DNA of 64,000 nt. It comes from Sedimentisphaerales bacterium (lineage in GTDB: Bacteria > Planctomycetota > Phycisphaerae > Sedimentisphaerales > SM23-30). Below are positions 60,068-64,000 of the stretch, one piece after another (within the stretch, counting starts at the first letter, position 1; the number at the start of each line of letters is the position of its first letter). Under the pieces are notes generated by a model, which was not told where the DNA came from, made no database searches, and saw nothing but the letters and a program-made list of their open reading frames with translations. The position numbers and the translations under genes are program-made. The DNA is taken from assembly GCA_963663805.2 (NCBI GenBank), contig CAXXMR010000012.1:352001-416000 (forward strand), in the 5' to 3' direction.

Positions 60068-61441
60068 TTATTCGCGGTCAATATAATCACCGGTCAGTTT
60101 TTCCGGCACGGTATCGCCGGTTCTGTCCTGCCACTGGTCCATTATTTTCCGGAGATGTTCGAGTGTTTCTTGGTGATTCGGGTCACCGGCCAGGTCTTTG
60201 AGTTCATGATAGTCATTGCTCACATCAAAGAGCATTTCGGGGGGACGCGGTACCCGAAAAATGTCGGCCTGAGCCTCAGTCAGCTCGCCTTTTTTCTGCA
60301 TAGCCCGCAGATCGACATACGGCGGCTCCCAGGCATGCGCATGGGCCCAGGCGGAAAGTTGTGGCCGGGCGTTGCGGATATAAACATAATTTTGCCAGCG
60401 TACTATTCGCTGATGCAGTTCAATGTCATGCCAGTTCTGTTCAGCGAAGGCATATTCCCTGATTTGTGTTTTCGTCTTGTCCAGCAGAGGCTGGAAGTTT
60501 ACGCCCTGCATAGCCGCGGGAATGCCCACCCCGGCCCAGCTCAGGATTGTAGGAGCAATATCAATAACGCTTAGCAGTGAATCGCAAGTATTGTTGGATT
60601 TTATCTGCGGGTGTCTGACGATAAACGGTGTTTTGATGCCGCTGTCATAGACCCAGGTTTTGCAGCGAGGGAAGGGACGGCCGTTGTCAGCAATGAAAAT
60701 GATTATAGTGTTATCGTAAACTTCCTGCTCTTTCAGTTCCTCAATTACTTTACCGACGTAGCGGTCCAGCCGCTGTATCTCATTATAATAATTCGCCAGA
60801 TCCTCTCGTGTACCAGGCGTGTCAGCCATATAAGGCGGAATTACGGCGTCGGAATTAGCGTGTTTTCTACCTTCAGGGTCTTCCTGCCAGCTGCGGTGGG
60901 CGTCATGGGAGGCGAACCACATGAAAAACGGCTTATCTTTAGGCCGATTTTGCAGAGTGCTTATCCAGTGTTCTTCTCCGCCGGGTCTGCTGTCGCTGAT
61001 ATTGTTGAAGGCTATTTTAGCATTATCGCCCAAATGCCATTTCCCCGCCGCGGCGGTATAATACCCTGCCTCCTTCAACAGTAGCGGAAACATGGGTTGG
61101 TCCGCAGGCAGCGGCAAATGCAATTCAGGTGCGCCGGTATTATGCGGATACCTTCCCGATATAACGCTGCAACGAGTAGGACTGCATTGGCTGCAAGTCA
61201 GATAAGCATTGGTAAAGCGTACACCGGTCTGGGCCAGCTTGTCGATATTGGGAGTGCGAATATGCGGATGCCCGTAACAGCCGAAATCATCTACGGAAAT
61301 ATCATCACCGATAATCAGTATAATATTAAGTTGCTTTGAAATATTAGTAATATCCGCCCAGAGACGAGAAGATGCCGCGAGTAAAACCGCTCCCGTTCCA
61401 ATATTTTTGAGAAAATCGCGCCTGCGAATCCTGGTATTCAT
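60068..61441 (-). CDS. Tat-exported formylglycine-dependent sulfatase (may originally extend to 59963)
   Basis: RRRDFLK Tat motif, GDD, CSPTR, GKWHLG, ADNG. Confidence 0.93.
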   Translation of the reverse strand: MNTRIRRRDFLKNIGTGAVLLAASSRLWADITNISKQLNIILIIGDDISVDDFGCYGHPHIRTPNIDKLAQTGVRFTNAYLTCSQCSPTRCSVISGRYPHNTGAPELHLPLPADQPMFPLLLKEAGYYTAAAGKWHLGDNAKIAFNNISDSRPGGEEHWISTLQNRPKDKPFFMWFASHDAHRSWQEDPEGRKHANSDAVIPPYMADTPGTREDLANYYNEIQRLDRYVGKVIEELKEQEVYDNTIIIFIADNGRPFPRCKTWVYDSGIKTPFIVRHPQIKSNNTCDSLLSVIDIAPTILSWAGVGIPAAMQGVNFQPLLDKTKTQIREYAFAEQNWHDIELHQRIVRWQNYVYIRNARPQLSAWAHAHAWEPPYVDLRAMQKKGELTEAQADIFRVPRPPEMLFDVSNDYHELKDLAGDPNHQETLEHLRKIMDQWQDRTGDTVPEKLTGDYIDRE

Positions 61442-61456
61442 GCTTTGCTCCTGACG

Positions 61457-61864
61457 TTAATTCAGTTGCTCGCCTTTGATAGGCTGCATTTGGAATTTGC
61501 CGTCAACCGGCCCTTCGTAGTGGCCAGTGAAGGTGTTGTTTTCAAGTTTGCCTCCGCCGGTGTATTGGCCCTCATCAGCGGTATAAGTAAAATCATTGCC
61601 CGTTAGAGTACCTTCCATAACGTGCAGAGGATCATCAGTATAGTCAAGGCTTTCAAGTATCAAAATGCGGTATCTATTATCGCCCAGCGGCACAACTTTA
61701 GCGAAATAAGTATAATAATTACCGCGCGAGTCAGTACCATCTCCCTGCCAGTTCCCCGCGAAAGTATCTTTTGGGGTAGTGTCAAGGCTATGACATGAGC
61801 CAAGCACCAAACAGGCGGTCAGGCAGATAATAATAATTGAAATATTACCAAGATTATTTTTCAT
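61457..61864 (-). CDS. Hypothetical lipoprotein
   Basis: Lipobox LGSC; co-oriented in the operon. Confidence 0.65.
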   Translation of the reverse strand: MKNNLGNISIIIICLTACLVLGSCHSLDTTPKDTFAGNWQGDGTDSRGNYYTYFAKVVPLGDNRYRILILESLDYTDDPLHVMEGTLTGNDFTYTADEGQYTGGGKLENNTFTGHYEGPVDGKFQMQPIKGEQLN

Positions 61865-61866
61865 TG

Positions 61867-62592
61867 TTATTTCTCTTTAGAATCTGATTTATCGTTTTTA
61901 ATGGTTGGTAATTCAGCTTGGTTAGTTATAGAAAAGTCGTTTAGTGAAATATTTGCGGAAAAAGCAATCTTATTTGACTCGTAAATCACAAAGACCGATT
62001 CATTATCAATTTGTTCATATCCAATTAGGTTATCCAAATTACTTAAAACTTCCTGATAGCTGTAGCCGTCAGGCGAAGATAGCGCGATGGTAGCTTTGTC
62101 AGATGGAGTGAGTTTATGGTCGTTGTCAGTGTCTTCTTTAGCAATCTGATAGAGAATAGCTAATACTTTTGCCTCTTTTGCAGAATTATCCCTGTTTTCG
62201 TAGAGAAAGTCAGTTTCAGTAATCAGATATTTATTGTTTGGAAACAGCCAATGCTTAGAATTGTCCTTTGCATTTATGAAAAGAGCATTCCGTGAAGTAT
62301 ACATATATTCACTGCGGTATGATAGGCTGCTGCTGTTTAGAGGGAGTAGTGAAACCATGAGGTAGTCGGTACCGGGAAGCGATACGAGATTATTCAACGT
62401 ATATTTTTCAGTGAAAGCCTGGTCTTGGTTTTCGGTGATATTAACAATGTTATGTGTATCTGTTCTGCGACCGAAATCTTTGTAAATACCATAGCTGGCA
62501 AGCAATACAGCAACAAGGGCGGCGATGACCAGTAACATGAAGCTAATGGCATTAAATCGCCAGATGTATCGAAAAAACTTATTTTCTTCCAT
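61867..62592 (-). CDS. Hypothetical protein with an N-terminal TM (AT-rich)
   Basis: 241-aa ORF with RBS gagga; DTDNDHKL loop resembles a Ca-binding motif. Confidence 0.7.
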   Translation of the reverse strand: MEENKFFRYIWRFNAISFMLLVIAALVAVLLASYGIYKDFGRRTDTHNIVNITENQDQAFTEKYTLNNLVSLPGTDYLMVSLLPLNSSSLSYRSEYMYTSRNALFINAKDNSKHWLFPNNKYLITETDFLYENRDNSAKEAKVLAILYQIAKEDTDNDHKLTPSDKATIALSSPDGYSYQEVLSNLDNLIGYEQIDNESVFVIYESNKIAFSANISLNDFSITNQAELPTIKNDKSDSKEK

Positions 62593-62634
62593 AATAATCC
62601 TCTCTGTGCTTATTTTTGATTTGCAGATGTACGA

Positions 62635-63516
62635 TTATTCAGTTTTATTGCTTGTTTCAAGCGTCTGCTCCAGCCACGCCGCGCAAAGGCCGGGCCATTG
62701 ACGAGCGGTATGGTCGGCATCTTTAACCCTCAGGCCGTAACCATGCCCGCCTTTAGGGAAAAGGTGCAGTTCAACCGGTACTTTTGCGTCGTTAAGGGCA
62801 CGGGCATAATTGAAAGCACTCTTGATATATTTATAATCATCCACAGACTGCACGATAAATGTCGGCGGAGTATCTTCGTCAATGACGATATCATCGGGCA
62901 GCTTGTCGGGGTTATCATCCGTATAGAGATAAGCCGGATAAACCAGCACAGTAAAATCAGGCCGACAACTTTGCTGGTCCGCCTGGTCAACCGGACTGTA
63001 GCTGCGTTGTTTATATTTGGTACTGGCCGACGCCGACAGATGCCCGCCCGCAGAAAATCCCAGCACCCCGACCTTGGCCGGGTCGATGCCCCATTGCGCA
63101 GCGTTCTGACGGACCATACTGATAGCCCGCTGAGCGTCACGCAACGCCAGCATTCGCTCTTCCGGGCAAGGCACGGTATATTTAACGACCGCCGCGTGAA
63201 TCCCAAGCGAGTTTAGCCATTGAGCGACTTCGACGCCTTCCTTCATATAAGCCAGCAGCTTATACCCGCCGCCGGGAAATACCACAACCGCCGGAGCAGA
63301 ATCAGCCGCCGTGGCGGATTTGTATAAGGCGATTTCCGGGTGAGCAACTTTGACGAAGCGAGTGCCGTGTTTGGTCGGGGCTGTTTCGTTGGAGCTGCTG
63401 GTAGTTTCCCTGTCGGGCCAGAGAGGATAAATCGGCGTACCTTCCGGATCCAAAGCCCAAAGCGGCAGGGCATATAAAAACAAAACCGCAAATGAGATGA
63501 CGTTCGTTCTGGACAT
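62635..63516 (-). CDS. Secreted alpha/beta hydrolase (acetylxylan esterase-like)
   Basis: PGGGY, GFSAGGH nucleophile elbow, RPDF, GGHGYG. Confidence 0.9.
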   Translation of the reverse strand: MSRTNVISFAVLFLYALPLWALDPEGTPIYPLWPDRETTSSSNETAPTKHGTRFVKVAHPEIALYKSATAADSAPAVVVFPGGGYKLLAYMKEGVEVAQWLNSLGIHAAVVKYTVPCPEERMLALRDAQRAISMVRQNAAQWGIDPAKVGVLGFSAGGHLSASASTKYKQRSYSPVDQADQQSCRPDFTVLVYPAYLYTDDNPDKLPDDIVIDEDTPPTFIVQSVDDYKYIKSAFNYARALNDAKVPVELHLFPKGGHGYGLRVKDADHTARQWPGLCAAWLEQTLETSNKTE

Positions 63517-64000
63517 GGGTACACCTTTCGTGAAGCAGGCCCGCGATTAGGAAAAACAGTAAAACTTTATGGTAATGTTTATGCGAATAAGTTGATTTTG
63601 TCAATTCTGATGTCCACCCCTTCAGTAAGCAATACTTTTGCTAGCGGCATTAAAAAACCGTCAAAAAACAGAAAAAAATCGTCAAAAAAAGACCTTTCAG
63701 GCAAAACTGCGCTGACTTTTCACCGCGTTTTGGTGACACCGTCCACCGCAATTCTGACTAGCAAAATAAGGACTTACAGCAATAATTTCTCTACCGCCTA
63801 ACGCACTTTTATATCCCCACTCCTCACCAATGCGATGTAAAATAGTTTCCCTGTCAATCTTTTTCCATCATCTTTTTTTTGTCATAAACCCCATAAAAAC
63901 AATATCTTAAACAAATATACCCACTCCCCTAAAGGATGTTTTATTGCATTTACGACCTCCACTCCGATATAATACCCCGCTGGGAATAACAGATAGGATG

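Overview
Bacterial chromosomal window, probably from a planctomycete of the Phycisphaerae/Sedimentisphaerales type. That placement is inferred from the dockerin-like C-terminus, the (V/I)P(A/T)PG sorting tails, an N-terminal Zn-ribbon protein and the sulfatase/sialidase content. 1-25.4 kb is an exopolysaccharide locus: glycosyltransferases, a frameshifted Wzy-like gene, rfbABD plus a displaced rfbC, Wzc, a priming transferase, a large TPR protein and Wza. It includes an exosortase fused behind a degenerate nucleotidyltransferase/left-handed beta-helix (LbH) module, and the priming transferase carries the same kind of module. 25.4-35.2 kb (minus strand) holds an M6 protease and seven tandem secreted proteins with different bodies but a near-identical 26-aa PEP-CTERM-like tail; two have Cys/Gln thioester-like motifs. 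36-42.4 kb has clpB with a consensus sigma54 promoter and ffh-ORF-rpsP-trmD-rplS-yraN, where the small ORF aligns without gaps to the Ffh M domain but has its RNA-binding basic face replaced by acidic residues. 42.6-46.3 kb is an orphan Rhs toxin/immunity pair and an IS4-family element. The remainder contains a Zn-ribbon repeat membrane protein, gap-pgk-rpe-comM, tRNA-Glu, a PAS-GGDEF protein, lemA, a frameshifted DEAD-box helicase and an esterase/sulfatase/sialidase cluster. All calls come from reading motifs by eye; no database searches were run.
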